Translations under genes and position numbers: made by a program
Shown: positions 1 to 8,231 of the stretch, in pieces
How positions within the stretch are numbered: position 1 is the stretch's first letter
Layout of the letters: each line of letters begins with the position of its first letter
The notes under the pieces: model-generated
What the model was told of the DNA's origin: nothing
The model's database searches: none
The model's input: only the letters and a program-made list of their open reading frames with translations
Source: an uncultured Oscillospiraceae bacterium
GTDB taxonomy: Bacteria > Bacillota > Clostridia > Acetivibrionales > DTU013
Reading direction: 5' to 3'
NCBI GenBank assembly: GCA_964404395.1
Contig: CAYOKA010000002.1
Location: forward strand, 1,497-43,851
Length of the DNA: 42,355 nucleotides

Positions 1-73
1 CTTGAGGACGGTTCTCCGTTCGGGGACGGTTCTCCGTTCGGGGACGGTTCTCCGTCTGGGGACAGTTCTCAAC
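1..73 (+). repeat. Tandem array of the GGGGACGGTTCTCC repeat, truncated by the window edge
   Basis: Copies lie at 6-17, 22-35 and 40-53 with an 18 bp period. A variant, GGGGACAGTTCTCAAC, lies at 58-73. Frame 1 is open from the window edge to 186 and reads (G)DGSPF repeats. Confidence 0.9.
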
Positions 74-202
74 TTATCGAAGTAAGAGGATCTTGTAAAA
101 GAACAGCAAAAAGGGATATCCCCGAAAATTATAACATGCGGTTACCAGCATCATACGCTTTTCAAGAAACGTCCCCTATGTTATGAGCACTTTTTTCATT
201 TT

Positions 203-218
203 GTTGAGAACTGTCCCC
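203..218 (-). repeat. Inverted copy of the repeat variant (GTTGAGAACTGTCCCC)
   Basis: This is the perfect 16 bp reverse complement of 58-73. The pair brackets a 129 bp segment. Confidence 0.9.
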
Positions 219-238
219 TCCACTGCCTCGGCACACGT

Positions 239-265
239 AAAAAGGGACGTTTGAATAAACGTCCC
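239..265 (-). terminator. Rho-independent terminator downstream of the small basic ORF
   Basis: The minus strand reads GGGACGTTTattcAAACGTCCC followed by TTTTT. Confidence 0.7.
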
Positions 266-285
266 ACATTCACCCATCTTTCTAT

Positions 286-420
286 TTAGCGGCTTTTGCC
301 GCCTTTGGGGTTAACGGCCTTTTCAAAGCGACCTTCACCTGCGTTCTCACCCAGCTGGTCATTACTGACGGAAGGCTTATTCTTTCTATTTGCACCGCCT
401 GACTTTCCCTTTTTAGCCAT
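286..420 (-). CDS. Small basic protein of 44 aa (MAKKGKSGGANRKNKPSVSNDQLGENAGEGRFEKAVNPKGGKSR), possibly a minor spore-protein-like peptide
   Basis: It is below the ORF-track size cut-off. A strong SD (GAAAGGAGGatgtctgATG) precedes the start and a terminator follows the stop. The function is a guess from composition only. Confidence 0.5.
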   Translation of the reverse strand: MAKKGKSGGANRKNKPSVSNDQLGENAGEGRFEKAVNPKGGKSR

Positions 421-570
421 CAGACATCCTCCTTTCATAATCGCAATCTGTCAATTCTGCAGTTTGGCTCATGTTTGTGACACAAGCTTAAGCTGAATAT
501 ATTATTTGCATCTTTATGAAAATTATGTCTGAAATTTAGCAACTTATAGAACTTTGCCAGTTTCTTCCGT

Positions 571-2061
571 TTAGCTGTGCTCTACCCAATCAAAACTGCG
601 ACCGACTGCTTTCCCCCATCCCCGCAAGAGCTCCTGACGTTGCCTGTCATCCATATCAGGGGTAAATATTACATCGCTTCTTCGTTTTCTCTTAATTTCA
701 GCCTTGTCCTTCCACATTCCTGTTGCAAGCCCTGCCAGATAGGCAGCTCCAAGAGCAGTTGTCTCTGTGTTCAAAGGACGATAGACCTGTTTATTCAAAA
801 TATCGGCCTGGAACTGCATAAGAAAGCTATCGCGACTGGCGCCCCCATCTACATTAAGCTCACCTATGGTAATCCCGGTATCCTGTTCCATTGCCTTTAC
901 CAATTCGCAGCTCTGGTAGGCTATGGATTCCTGCGCTGCACGGATAATATGCTCCTGTCTTGTACCTCGTGTAATGCCGACAATGGTTCCGCGAGCATAC
1001 ATATCCCAATAAGGCGCTCCAAGGCCTGTAAAGGCAGGCACAAAATAGACCCCTCCGGTATCCTTCACTTTATTCGCATAATACTCTGCATCGCGGCTTT
1101 CTTTAATAAAATTCATCTCATCACGAAGCCATTGGATTACCGCACCGGCCACAAACACACTGCCTTCCAACGCATACTGAACTTTTCCATCAATGCCAAT
1201 AGAAATGGTTGTAATCAGACCATTTTTACTTTCACACAGGGTATCCCCTGTATTCATAAGCAGAAAACAGCCCGTTCCATAGGTGTTCTTTGCTTCGCCC
1301 TTCTCAAAGCAGCATTGGCCAAATAGCGCCGCCTGCTGATCTCCTGCTATGCCTGCAATTGGAATTTCTCTACCTTCTATCGATGCATAGCCATAAATAT
1401 CACTTGAATTACGTACCTCAGGCAGCATTACCAGAGGGATTCCAAGCTCCCTGAGCATTGTTTTGTCCCATTCAAGCTTTTTGATATTATAAATCATTGT
1501 GCGCGAAGCATTCGTGTAGTCAGTAACATGTACCTTACCCCCTGTAAGATTCCAAATAAGCCAGCTGTCCACCGTACCAAAGAGAATTTCACCGCGTTCC
1601 GCTCGCTCACGAGCCCCCTCCACATGATCAAGAATCCACTTAATTTTTGTACCCGAAAAATAGGCATCCGGAACCAGCCCCGTTGCCTGTTGAATATACT
1701 CAGTTAATCCTCCGGCTATCAGTTCTTCAACGACATCCGCAGTACGGCGGCACTGCCATACAATGGCATTATATATGGGGCAGCCTGTCTTTTTATCCCA
1801 CAGGATTGTGGTTTCGCGCTGATTTGCGATACCAATGGCAGTAATATCATTTACACTAACTCCGCTTTTGACAATAACCTCCCTCAGCACACTACACTGA
1901 GATGACAGTATTTCCATCGGATTATGCTCGACCCAGCCCTCCTTGGGATAAAATTGAGTGAACTCCTTTTGGCAAATACACACAATATTCTGTTCCCTAT
2001 CAAATAGAACCGCCCTGGAACTTGATGTTCCCTGATCCAGCGCTAAAATGTATTTCCCCAT
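571..2061 (-). CDS. glpK: Glycerol kinase
   Basis: The 496 aa protein starts [21 protein letters not shown] and carries FGGY-family kinase motifs along its full length. Confidence 0.95.
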   Translation of the reverse strand: MGKYILALDQGTSSSRAVLFDREQNIVCICQKEFTQFYPKEGWVEHNPMEILSSQCSVLREVIVKSGVSVNDITAIGIANQRETTILWDKKTGCPIYNAIVWQCRRTADVVEELIAGGLTEYIQQATGLVPDAYFSGTKIKWILDHVEGARERAERGEILFGTVDSWLIWNLTGGKVHVTDYTNASRTMIYNIKKLEWDKTMLRELGIPLVMLPEVRNSSDIYGYASIEGREIPIAGIAGDQQAALFGQCCFEKGEAKNTYGTGCFLLMNTGDTLCESKNGLITTISIGIDGKVQYALEGSVFVAGAVIQWLRDEMNFIKESRDAEYYANKVKDTGGVYFVPAFTGLGAPYWDMYARGTIVGITRGTRQEHIIRAAQESIAYQSCELVKAMEQDTGITIGELNVDGGASRDSFLMQFQADILNKQVYRPLNTETTALGAAYLAGLATGMWKDKAEIKRKRRSDVIFTPDMDDRQRQELLRGWGKAVGRSFDWVEHS

Positions 2062-2144
2062 GTTCCTCCATCCTTTCTGAATTTGACTGTTACAATAGCT
2101 AATGTAAGGCTTTTGCGATGCTACCTTTATGCAGAGCCGGCTTC

Positions 2145-2170
2145 AAAAAAAGGACCTACAGGTCCTTTTT
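2145..2170 (-). terminator. Intrinsic terminator between the PG-binding protein gene and glpK
   Basis: The hairpin is AAAAAGGACCtgtaGGTCC followed by TTTTTTT on the minus strand. It is flanked by CCGGCTTCA repeats. Confidence 0.7.
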
Positions 2171-2211
2171 ACCGGCTTCACTAAACCCCGGCTTCATTAA
2201 ATTGCTGAATT

Positions 2212-3348
2212 TCACTTCTCGGCGGGCTTCTCCACGATCTCCTTCTCGGCCTTTTCCTTCTCAGCATTATCTTTTGCCCATTCAGCCGCTTCCCTTATCT
2301 TAGCCTGATGCTTTGGATCAACCTTATTATTATAATGATTCCTGCTATTTAGAAAATGAATATCAAAAACTCCATTCATATTATTGCCTTTAACCGCATC
2401 AAAATTGGTCCCGCGGCTATATCCACCACTCCTTGATGATATTACCTTGTTTGCCTGATACTTATCCATTCCCGCATGAGGATAGCCCGTCATACAAGCA
2501 GCGAGCTCGTAACCGTCCACTTTTACGATTACCGCTCTTCTCTCCCAGCTCCACACACCATTATATATTTCTTTCATAATGGCAGTGTCAGCCTTTGTAA
2601 GGGTCTCGCAATCAGCGTGATTAGAGCCGTAGGTCCTTCTAATATTAAAGCTCTTACCCGTTTCTATGTCATATACAGTGGCATCAGCGCCCCTGCCCCA
2701 AATGTTTTCTACCACACCAAACCACTTCAGCATATAACTATCTTGCTGCTTTTTCTCTATATTATCCTGTTGTGCGGCCGGTGCTTCAACTGTTGCAGCT
2801 TTAACTGCAGTCTTCGGCCCATTACCGCTTATCAAGTCATCGATTAGCCCAAGTGTAGCACTTCCTGCGATTCCATCAGCCAAATATCTATACTTTTTTT
2901 GAAGATTTGTAACCGCTGCTTTGGTCGCCGGCCCATAAAACCCGGTAGCATTTGTGTTAAGATACCCCAACTTAATGAGATTTTTTTGCAATGAAGTAAC
3001 GTAACTATTCTCGTCACCTTCCTGCATCAATTTGGGGTTAGCTGAAGTCGTATTTCGGCCCATTAATCTATCCAGCAACAAAAAAGTTTCTTCCCCTACA
3101 ATTCCGTCAACCTCATATCCATAATCCCTCTGGACTTTTCTGACAGCATTCTCTGTCAAATCTCCGAAATATCCTGTGGCCTCCGACGAAAGATAGCTAA
3201 GCTTTATTAAATCCTTCTGTAAAGCTATTACCTTAGTGCCCTCGCACTCCTTTTTCAGCACGTCAGATGATGCTGAAACAAAAGTCGAACCCAATACCAT
3301 GACAACAGCCATTATTGCTGCAGCACAGATTGTCTTTTTCCGATCCAT
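2212..3348 (-). CDS. Secreted protein with two PG_binding_1-type peptidoglycan-binding repeats and an uncharacterised C-terminal domain
   Basis: It has a signal peptide (MDRKKTICAAAIMAVVMVLGSTFVSA). The repeats are LQKDLIKLSYL...DGIVGEETF and LQKNLIKLGYL...DGIAGSATL. The start is set at 3348 behind the SD GGAAAGGAGAG; the ORF-track start at 3369 is a GTG. Confidence 0.8.
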   Translation of the reverse strand: MDRKKTICAAAIMAVVMVLGSTFVSASSDVLKKECEGTKVIALQKDLIKLSYLSSEATGYFGDLTENAVRKVQRDYGYEVDGIVGEETFLLLDRLMGRNTTSANPKLMQEGDENSYVTSLQKNLIKLGYLNTNATGFYGPATKAAVTNLQKKYRYLADGIAGSATLGLIDDLISGNGPKTAVKAATVEAPAAQQDNIEKKQQDSYMLKWFGVVENIWGRGADATVYDIETGKSFNIRRTYGSNHADCETLTKADTAIMKEIYNGVWSWERRAVIVKVDGYELAACMTGYPHAGMDKYQANKVISSRSGGYSRGTNFDAVKGNNMNGVFDIHFLNSRNHYNNKVDPKHQAKIREAAEWAKDNAEKEKAEKEIVEKPAEK

Positions 3349-3365
3349 ATGTAGCTCTCTCCTTT

Positions 3366-3528
3366 CCACTTACGGGGTTAGCTGGCGGGTTAGGTAGAAG
3401 AGACTGCCCTTTATACCATCATGCAGTATGTGACCTCAGCAGGCTGTAATCAAGTATGAATTCACCCCAATGATAAAAATCCCCCGTTTCCCTATACCTC
3501 TTTATAGGGAATTCAGTGTGCGATGCGG
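3366..3528 (-). promoter_or_regulatory. c-di-AMP riboswitch (ydaO-yuaA class) in the leader of the PG-binding protein gene
   Basis: The minus strand contains ATCGC...ACGGGGGA...TTGGGGTGAATTC...CTAACCCGCCAGCTAACCCCGTAAG. This matches the conserved ydaO core as I recall it (GGGGUGAAUCC ... ACCCGUCAGCUAACCUCGUAAG). It abuts the SD. Confidence 0.75.
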
Positions 3529-3663
3529 CAGCAAAATATGCAACCTTCAATAGCAGCACATGGCTTGTCCGCATACTGCAAACTAATTGTACCAAATTTT
3601 TTAATGGAATGAAACCCCTAATATTTTTAGACTTTTACCATGCAACCTTAGTATGATTCAGCT

Positions 3664-3712
3664 GCACAATATATAGTGGCAAGTTTTCATGCCTGCCCGC
3701 AATATATTGTGC
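3664..3712. promoter_or_regulatory. Pair of NrdR-box-like 16 bp palindromes (element copy A)
   Basis: The boxes are GCACAATATATAGTGG (3664-3679) and CCGCAATATATTGTGC (3697-3712), 33 bp centre to centre. They match 14/16 and 13/16 positions of the NrdR consensus acaCwAtATaTwGtgt as I recall it. Confidence 0.45.
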
Positions 3713-3824
3713 GGTGGAACTTAAAACATGTTGTATCGCATACAGCGGCCGTTCCGTAGTGTTGAGAACAGCCGCCGAATATTATTGCACATTATTCCAG
3801 GTTTACTTGTCTATAAACTGCACC

Positions 3825-4601
3825 TTACCTCCCTATAAACTGCTGTACAAGTATCTTTCCATAGGTTGCACTATTCTCCACACCTATACCCGTTACTTTG
3901 AACCCGGTATTTAGAATATTACTCTGGTGACTTTCAGAACTCATCCATGCCTTAAAAGCACCTTCAACCGTCTTGTTACCGGCAATATTCTCGCCTGCAG
4001 ACTTAAATACATTGTCAAATTGCCTCATCATATCGAAGGGCGACCCATACGTAGGCGATTGGTGTGAAAAATAATTGTTATCAACCATATCCTTTGCCTT
4101 CATTCTTGCGACCTTCATCAAATTTTCGTCTGCCGTGAGTGGTTCAAGCTTTTTGTCAGCACGCGCCTTATTAACCAATTCCAGCAGCTTCTGCTCATCC
4201 TCCGACAGTGTTAAACTGTTTGGAGAAGGGGTCTTGTCTTTCGCAGGGGGTTTCTTGGCCTCCATACCGTTTGTAGTAACCGGTACAGCACCACTTGCAA
4301 ACTCAATGTATCTGCCATCTACCGCGCCGACCAGTCCGTTGTCCGGATAGTATACCGCATACCAGTCTCCAAGCTTGCCCATGACCGTTACCGCCTGCCC
4401 CTTTTCGAGCTTACAGATGGAAGGATAGCTTGTTGACGGGCCCTCTCTGAGATTAAGCCTGCTAACAGTTACCATCGCCGCATCATACTCAATTTTTTCA
4501 AGTGCCAGCTGCATAGGTGCGTTGCTGTCACCGGTTGATGCATAACAGGTTGTCGAAACAATTAGAATACACAACACCACTAAAACTATTTTCTTTTTCA
4601 T
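3825..4601 (-). CDS. Secreted SH3b plus CAP/SCP (YkwD-like) domain protein
   Basis: It has a signal peptide, an SH3_3-like segment (LNLREGPSTSYPSICKLEKGQAVTVMGKLGDWYAVYY), and a CAP-domain C-terminus (NYFSHQSPTYGSPFDM...GENIA...HQSNIL). Confidence 0.85.
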   Translation of the reverse strand: MKKKIVLVVLCILIVSTTCYASTGDSNAPMQLALEKIEYDAAMVTVSRLNLREGPSTSYPSICKLEKGQAVTVMGKLGDWYAVYYPDNGLVGAVDGRYIEFASGAVPVTTNGMEAKKPPAKDKTPSPNSLTLSEDEQKLLELVNKARADKKLEPLTADENLMKVARMKAKDMVDNNYFSHQSPTYGSPFDMMRQFDNVFKSAGENIAGNKTVEGAFKAWMSSESHQSNILNTGFKVTGIGVENSATYGKILVQQFIGR

Positions 4602-4726
4602 ACTATTACCTCCAATTGTCTATTCATGCAAAATCATTTGATTTATACTGTTTATAGTATTGACAAATATTTATGAATTATTTGCATAAATGTGATATGC
4701 AGGTAATATTTTTTCAAATCCTACCG

Positions 4727-4996
4727 TTAATCGTTCTTTTTCCCCTCCAGCCTCCTGTTTCTAAAGAAGAGAGTAATATCCGTGGATACCATTAGCAGAT
4801 TGAGCAAATACATGAAAACAACCCAATCCCTGCTGTAAAGCAGCTTATGGATAATTCCCGACAGATACCCTATCACTAAAACCATCAAGAAAAGAACGCT
4901 CTTACCCTGTGTTTGCTTTGAAGTGTAGGACTTGTATATGGAAAATGGCCACGCCAAACCAAAGCAGAGTAGCATTAAAATTTCAAACACGCTCAT
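4727..4996 (-). CDS. Small membrane protein with three predicted TM segments (PQ-loop/SemiSWEET-like; function uncertain)
   Basis: It is 89 aa. The start is set at 4996 behind GGAGGAGataaaaATG. It lies 27 nt downstream of proS. Confidence 0.6.
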   Translation of the reverse strand: MSVFEILMLLCFGLAWPFSIYKSYTSKQTQGKSVLFLMVLVIGYLSGIIHKLLYSRDWVVFMYLLNLLMVSTDITLFFRNRRLEGKKND

Positions 4997-5023
4997 TTTT
5001 ATCTCCTCCAACATTAATTCCGT

Positions 5024-6460
5024 CTAGTAAGCCTTGCCCCAATACACAAGTGACTTGGCTTCCTTCCCGCAGCATATGCATTTATCGGAAACAGCCTCTT
5101 CATCGAAGGGTACACAGCGTGATGTTGCTCCTGTTTTCTCTTTTATTGTTTCTTCACAGGCGAGGGCTCCGCACCACATTGCCCTTATAAAACCAGGTGC
5201 CTCTCTGATAACCCTCTCAAATTCTGCAAACTCCGTAACTGTACAGGTTTTCTCATCCCTTGATGCAGTCGCCTTGCTCAACATACTATCATGTATGCAA
5301 TCAAGCAGCTCAGGCACCTTCGTCTCAATTTCATCAATCGGAATAAAAATCTTTTCCCCGGTATCCCTTCTTGCAAGCACAACCTGCCCCTTTTCAATAT
5401 CCTTAGGCCCAATTTCGAGCCGAACCGGTACGCCCCTCATTTCATGTTCGCTAAATTTCCAGCCCGGTGACTTATCGGTATCGTCCATCTTCACTCTTAT
5501 GGCACCGGACAATCTATAACAAATCTCAGAAGCCTTTTCAAGAACGCCTTCCTTATGCTGTGATATAGGTATGACAATTACCTGAACCGGTGCGATTCTT
5601 GGCGGTAATACCAGCCCACTGTTATCTCCGTGTACCATTATAATGCCGCCGATTATTCGGGTAGACATGCCCCAGGAGGTCTGATGCACATACTGAAGCT
5701 GATTGGATTTGTCGGCATACTGTATGTCAAATGCTTTGGCGAATCCATCACCGAAATTGTGCGTTGTACCGGATTGAAGTGCCAAACCATTATGCATAAG
5801 CGCTTCTATCGTATAGGTTGACTTTGCCCCTGCAAACTTCTCTTTGTCTGTTTTTTGCCCTTTAATAACCGGAATAGCTAGCACATTTTCGCAGAACTCC
5901 GCATATACATTAAGCATTTTAATTGTCTCTTCCTGAGCTTCCTCATCAGTGGCGTGGGCTGTGTGGCCTTCCTGCCATAGGAATTCGGTCGTCCGCAAAA
6001 ACGGCCTTGTAGTCTTTTCCCATCTAACCACAGAGCACCATTGATTGTAGAGCTTCGGCAGGTCCCTCCATGAGTGGATAACATTGGCATAATGATCGCA
6101 AAAAAGCGTTTCTGATGTCGGTCTTACACAAAGCCTCTCGGCCAGTTTTTCATCGCCACCATGGGTCACCCAGGCTACCTCCGGTGCAAAGCCCTCTACA
6201 TGATCCTTTTCCTTTTGCAGCAATCCTTCGGGAATAAACATCGGCATATAGACATTTTCATGCCCGGTTTTTTTAAATCTCCCGTCCAGCTCCCTTTGAA
6301 TGTTTTCCCAGATAGCATAGCCGTAAGGACGAATAATCATACAGCCTCTCACGCTTGAATAGTCCACCAGATCAGACTTTTTGATGACATCGGTATACCA
6401 TTGTGAAAAATCCTCATCCATAGAAGTAATCTCTTCAACGAATTTTTTATCCTGTGCCAT
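5024..6460 (-). CDS. proS: Prolyl-tRNA synthetase, archaeal/eukaryote-like type
   Basis: It is 478 aa with class II motifs and a C-terminal Cys-rich tail (CVPFDEE...[18 protein letters not shown]). There is no bacterial-type INS editing insertion. Confidence 0.95.
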   Translation of the reverse strand: MAQDKKFVEEITSMDEDFSQWYTDVIKKSDLVDYSSVRGCMIIRPYGYAIWENIQRELDGRFKKTGHENVYMPMFIPEGLLQKEKDHVEGFAPEVAWVTHGGDEKLAERLCVRPTSETLFCDHYANVIHSWRDLPKLYNQWCSVVRWEKTTRPFLRTTEFLWQEGHTAHATDEEAQEETIKMLNVYAEFCENVLAIPVIKGQKTDKEKFAGAKSTYTIEALMHNGLALQSGTTHNFGDGFAKAFDIQYADKSNQLQYVHQTSWGMSTRIIGGIIMVHGDNSGLVLPPRIAPVQVIVIPISQHKEGVLEKASEICYRLSGAIRVKMDDTDKSPGWKFSEHEMRGVPVRLEIGPKDIEKGQVVLARRDTGEKIFIPIDEIETKVPELLDCIHDSMLSKATASRDEKTCTVTEFAEFERVIREAPGFIRAMWCGALACEETIKEKTGATSRCVPFDEEAVSDKCICCGKEAKSLVYWGKAY

Positions 6461-6557
6461 AATAACAACTCCTTCATTTCTATAAATTTCTATCTGCTTG
6501 CGCCCCCTGTAATCAAAAAGCTCTGTGCATCAAGCTCATTGATTTTACCGAACTGCA

Positions 6558-6742
6558 ATAAAAACAAACGCCCCTGTATAAACACACAGGGACGAATTTA
6601 ATCCGCGGTACCACCCAATTTGGATAACCCAACTTGTCGAGCCTGTATCGCAGCTCAAACGGCTGTCTCATCGGCAGCATCTCGGGGGTGGGAAGAAAGG
6701 TCAACCCTTTCGCATTCCCGTCATCGACGTCTTCATATATTA
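6558..6742 (-). promoter_or_regulatory. T-box leader with terminator, controlling proS
   Basis: The minus strand carries AAATTGGGTGGTACCGCGG (T-box motif, 6604-6621). It is followed by the terminator CGTCCCTGTgtgtttatACAGGGGCG plus TTTGTTTTT. A CCN-rich stretch (CTTCCCACCCCC) lies upstream, but the specifier codon was not resolved. Confidence 0.85.
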
Positions 6743-6748
6743 AAAAAT

Positions 6749-6777
6749 AGTATATTACAACCTTTCGAGACTGTCAA
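6749..6777 (-). promoter_or_regulatory. Sigma-A-type promoter of the proS T-box leader
   Basis: TTGACA (6772-6777), a 17 nt spacer, then TATACT (6749-6754). Confidence 0.75.
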
Positions 6778-6792
6778 GAGAGCGAGGGGAGC

Positions 6793-6822
6793 GGGGGGAC
6801 GGATCGGGGGGGACGGTTCTCC
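6793..6822 (+). repeat. Forward copies of the GGGGACGGTTCTCC repeat (one degenerate, one intact)
   Basis: A degenerate copy (GGGGGGACGGATC) lies at 6793-6805 and GGGGACGGTTCTCC at 6809-6822. Confidence 0.9.
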
Positions 6823-6846
6823 TATCTTGCACTCAGAAAAGCAAGT

Positions 6847-6905
6847 GGGAGAACCGTCCCCTTGCTTTGGGAGAACCGTCCCCTTGCTTTGGGAGAACCG
6901 TCCCC
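6847..6905 (-). repeat. Three reverse copies (GGGAGAACCGTCCCC) with a 22 bp period
   Basis: Copies lie at 6847-6861, 6869-6883 and 6891-6905, separated by TTGCTTT spacers. The first copy can pair with 6809-6822 across a 24 nt insert that contains CTTGC...GCAAG. Confidence 0.9.
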
Positions 6906-7006
6906 CTGCTTTGCTCTGGACAAATTATCCCCCACAGAATATAATCAACTCAGGAAAGGTACTCCTAATCAGCTAAAGCTGCCGAAAAGGTACGCCGAGG
7001 GCAGAA

Positions 7007-7492
7007 ATGTGGGTTGTTATCATGAGAGTAGGGATTGGCCAGGACAGCCACAAATTTGATTTTGCAAATAAGCAAAAAAAACTGATATTAGGCGGAATTG
7101 TCTTTGACAAGGAGCCGCCTTTAGCAGGAAACAGCGACGCCGATGTGATACTTCATTCTATTACGAATGCTATCTCAGGTGTCACCTGCAAAAATATTCT
7201 TGGCGACGTAAGTGACGAGCTATGCCTGAACCAAGGCATAACAGATAGCAGCGTTTATCTTAAGGAAGCTCTTAATCATCTTCGCGATCTTAGAATTGTG
7301 CATTTGTCCATATCCATTGAATGCGCAAGGCCAAAGATTTCCCCGAGAATTGATGAAATCAGAAAGAGTCTTTCTTCGCTCATCAGTATCCCTGAGGACT
7401 GTATTGGAATTACCGCCACAACAGGAGAAGGTCTCACTGCATTCGGGCAAGGCCTTGGCATTCAGGTGTTCAGCATAATCACAGTGATTTAG
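7007..7492 (+). CDS. ispF: 2-C-methyl-D-erythritol 2,4-cyclodiphosphate synthase
   Basis: It carries MRVGIGQDSHKF...SDADVILHS...TATTGEGLTAFGQG. The SD GAGGG precedes the 7007 ATG; an alternative ATG lies at 7022. Confidence 0.9.
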   Translation: MWVVIMRVGIGQDSHKFDFANKQKKLILGGIVFDKEPPLAGNSDADVILHSITNAISGVTCKNILGDVSDELCLNQGITDSSVYLKEALNHLRDLRIVHLSISIECARPKISPRIDEIRKSLSSLISIPEDCIGITATTGEGLTAFGQGLGIQVFSIITVI

Positions 7493-7496
7493 CTCA

Positions 7497-8204
7497 TTAA
7501 GTCATCGACCTGCATATGAATTCCGCCATCGTCAGATCTTCCTTTGTTGTAATTTTTATATTATTGTAGCTTCCCATCACAAGCATGACCTTATGCCCCG
7601 CTCTTTCCAGCAATACAGCATCGTCCGTTCCGCTGAACCCATCCTGCTCAGCCTTTCGGTGAGCATCCATGATTAATCCATACCGAAATCCCTGAGGTGT
7701 CTGAATACGCCACAATCCATTTCTTTCAACGGTCTCTTTAACAAAGCCATCAGGCCCCACCCGCTTAATCGAATCCTTGGAAGGCACTGCCACAATAGCC
7801 GAGCCGTGCTTCTTCGCTGCCTCAATGCAGCGTGCTATGCTCATTTCATCAATAAAGGGTCTTGCACCATCATGAATCAAAACAACAACACACTCCGATG
7901 ATACCTTGCGAAGCCCGTTATAAACTGATTGCTGTCTGGTCGCTCCTCCGGCTGTAATAGCCCTCACCTTTTTATAATTATACTTCTCCACTGTTTCACT
8001 GCACAACTCAACTTCAGCTTCATTGGCGACGATAATAATCTCATCAATGAGCGCAGAGTCTTCAAATTGTTGAATTGTTCTAGCTAAAATCGGCTTTCCA
8101 AGCAGATCAATATATTGCTTATTTTTCTCCATGCCCATCCGCGAGCCTTTGCCGGCCGCTGCAATTACTACGCTTACCAAGTCTTTCGCTCCGCACTCAT
8201 TCAT
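7497..8204 (-). CDS. ispD: 2-C-methyl-D-erythritol 4-phosphate cytidylyltransferase
   Basis: It carries VSVVIAAAGKGSRMG...IHDGARPF...RIQTPQGF. The SD is AGGAGGAG. Confidence 0.95.
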   Translation of the reverse strand: MNECGAKDLVSVVIAAAGKGSRMGMEKNKQYIDLLGKPILARTIQQFEDSALIDEIIIVANEAEVELCSETVEKYNYKKVRAITAGGATRQQSVYNGLRKVSSECVVVLIHDGARPFIDEMSIARCIEAAKKHGSAIVAVPSKDSIKRVGPDGFVKETVERNGLWRIQTPQGFRYGLIMDAHRKAEQDGFSGTDDAVLLERAGHKVMLVMGSYNNIKITTKEDLTMAEFICRSMT

Positions 8205-8231
8205 GCTCCTGAACTCCTCCTAAAACGTACA

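Noticed and set aside
577-1326. Long antisense ORFs inside well-supported genes (for example 577..1326, 5034..5519, 16372..16890, 17785..18328, 22689..23150, 25316..25903, 30672..31016)
   Set aside because: Each lies opposite a gene with clear family motifs, has an unusual composition, and lacks translation signals.
3714-3914. ORF 3714..3914(+) downstream of NrdR-like element A
   Set aside because: It overlaps the 3' end of the well-supported CAP-domain gene on the opposite strand and has no SD.
6620-7059. ORFs 6620..6976(+) and 6862..7059(+)
   Set aside because: They are translations across the T-box antisense strand and the repeat array. They have no SD and a repeat-derived composition.
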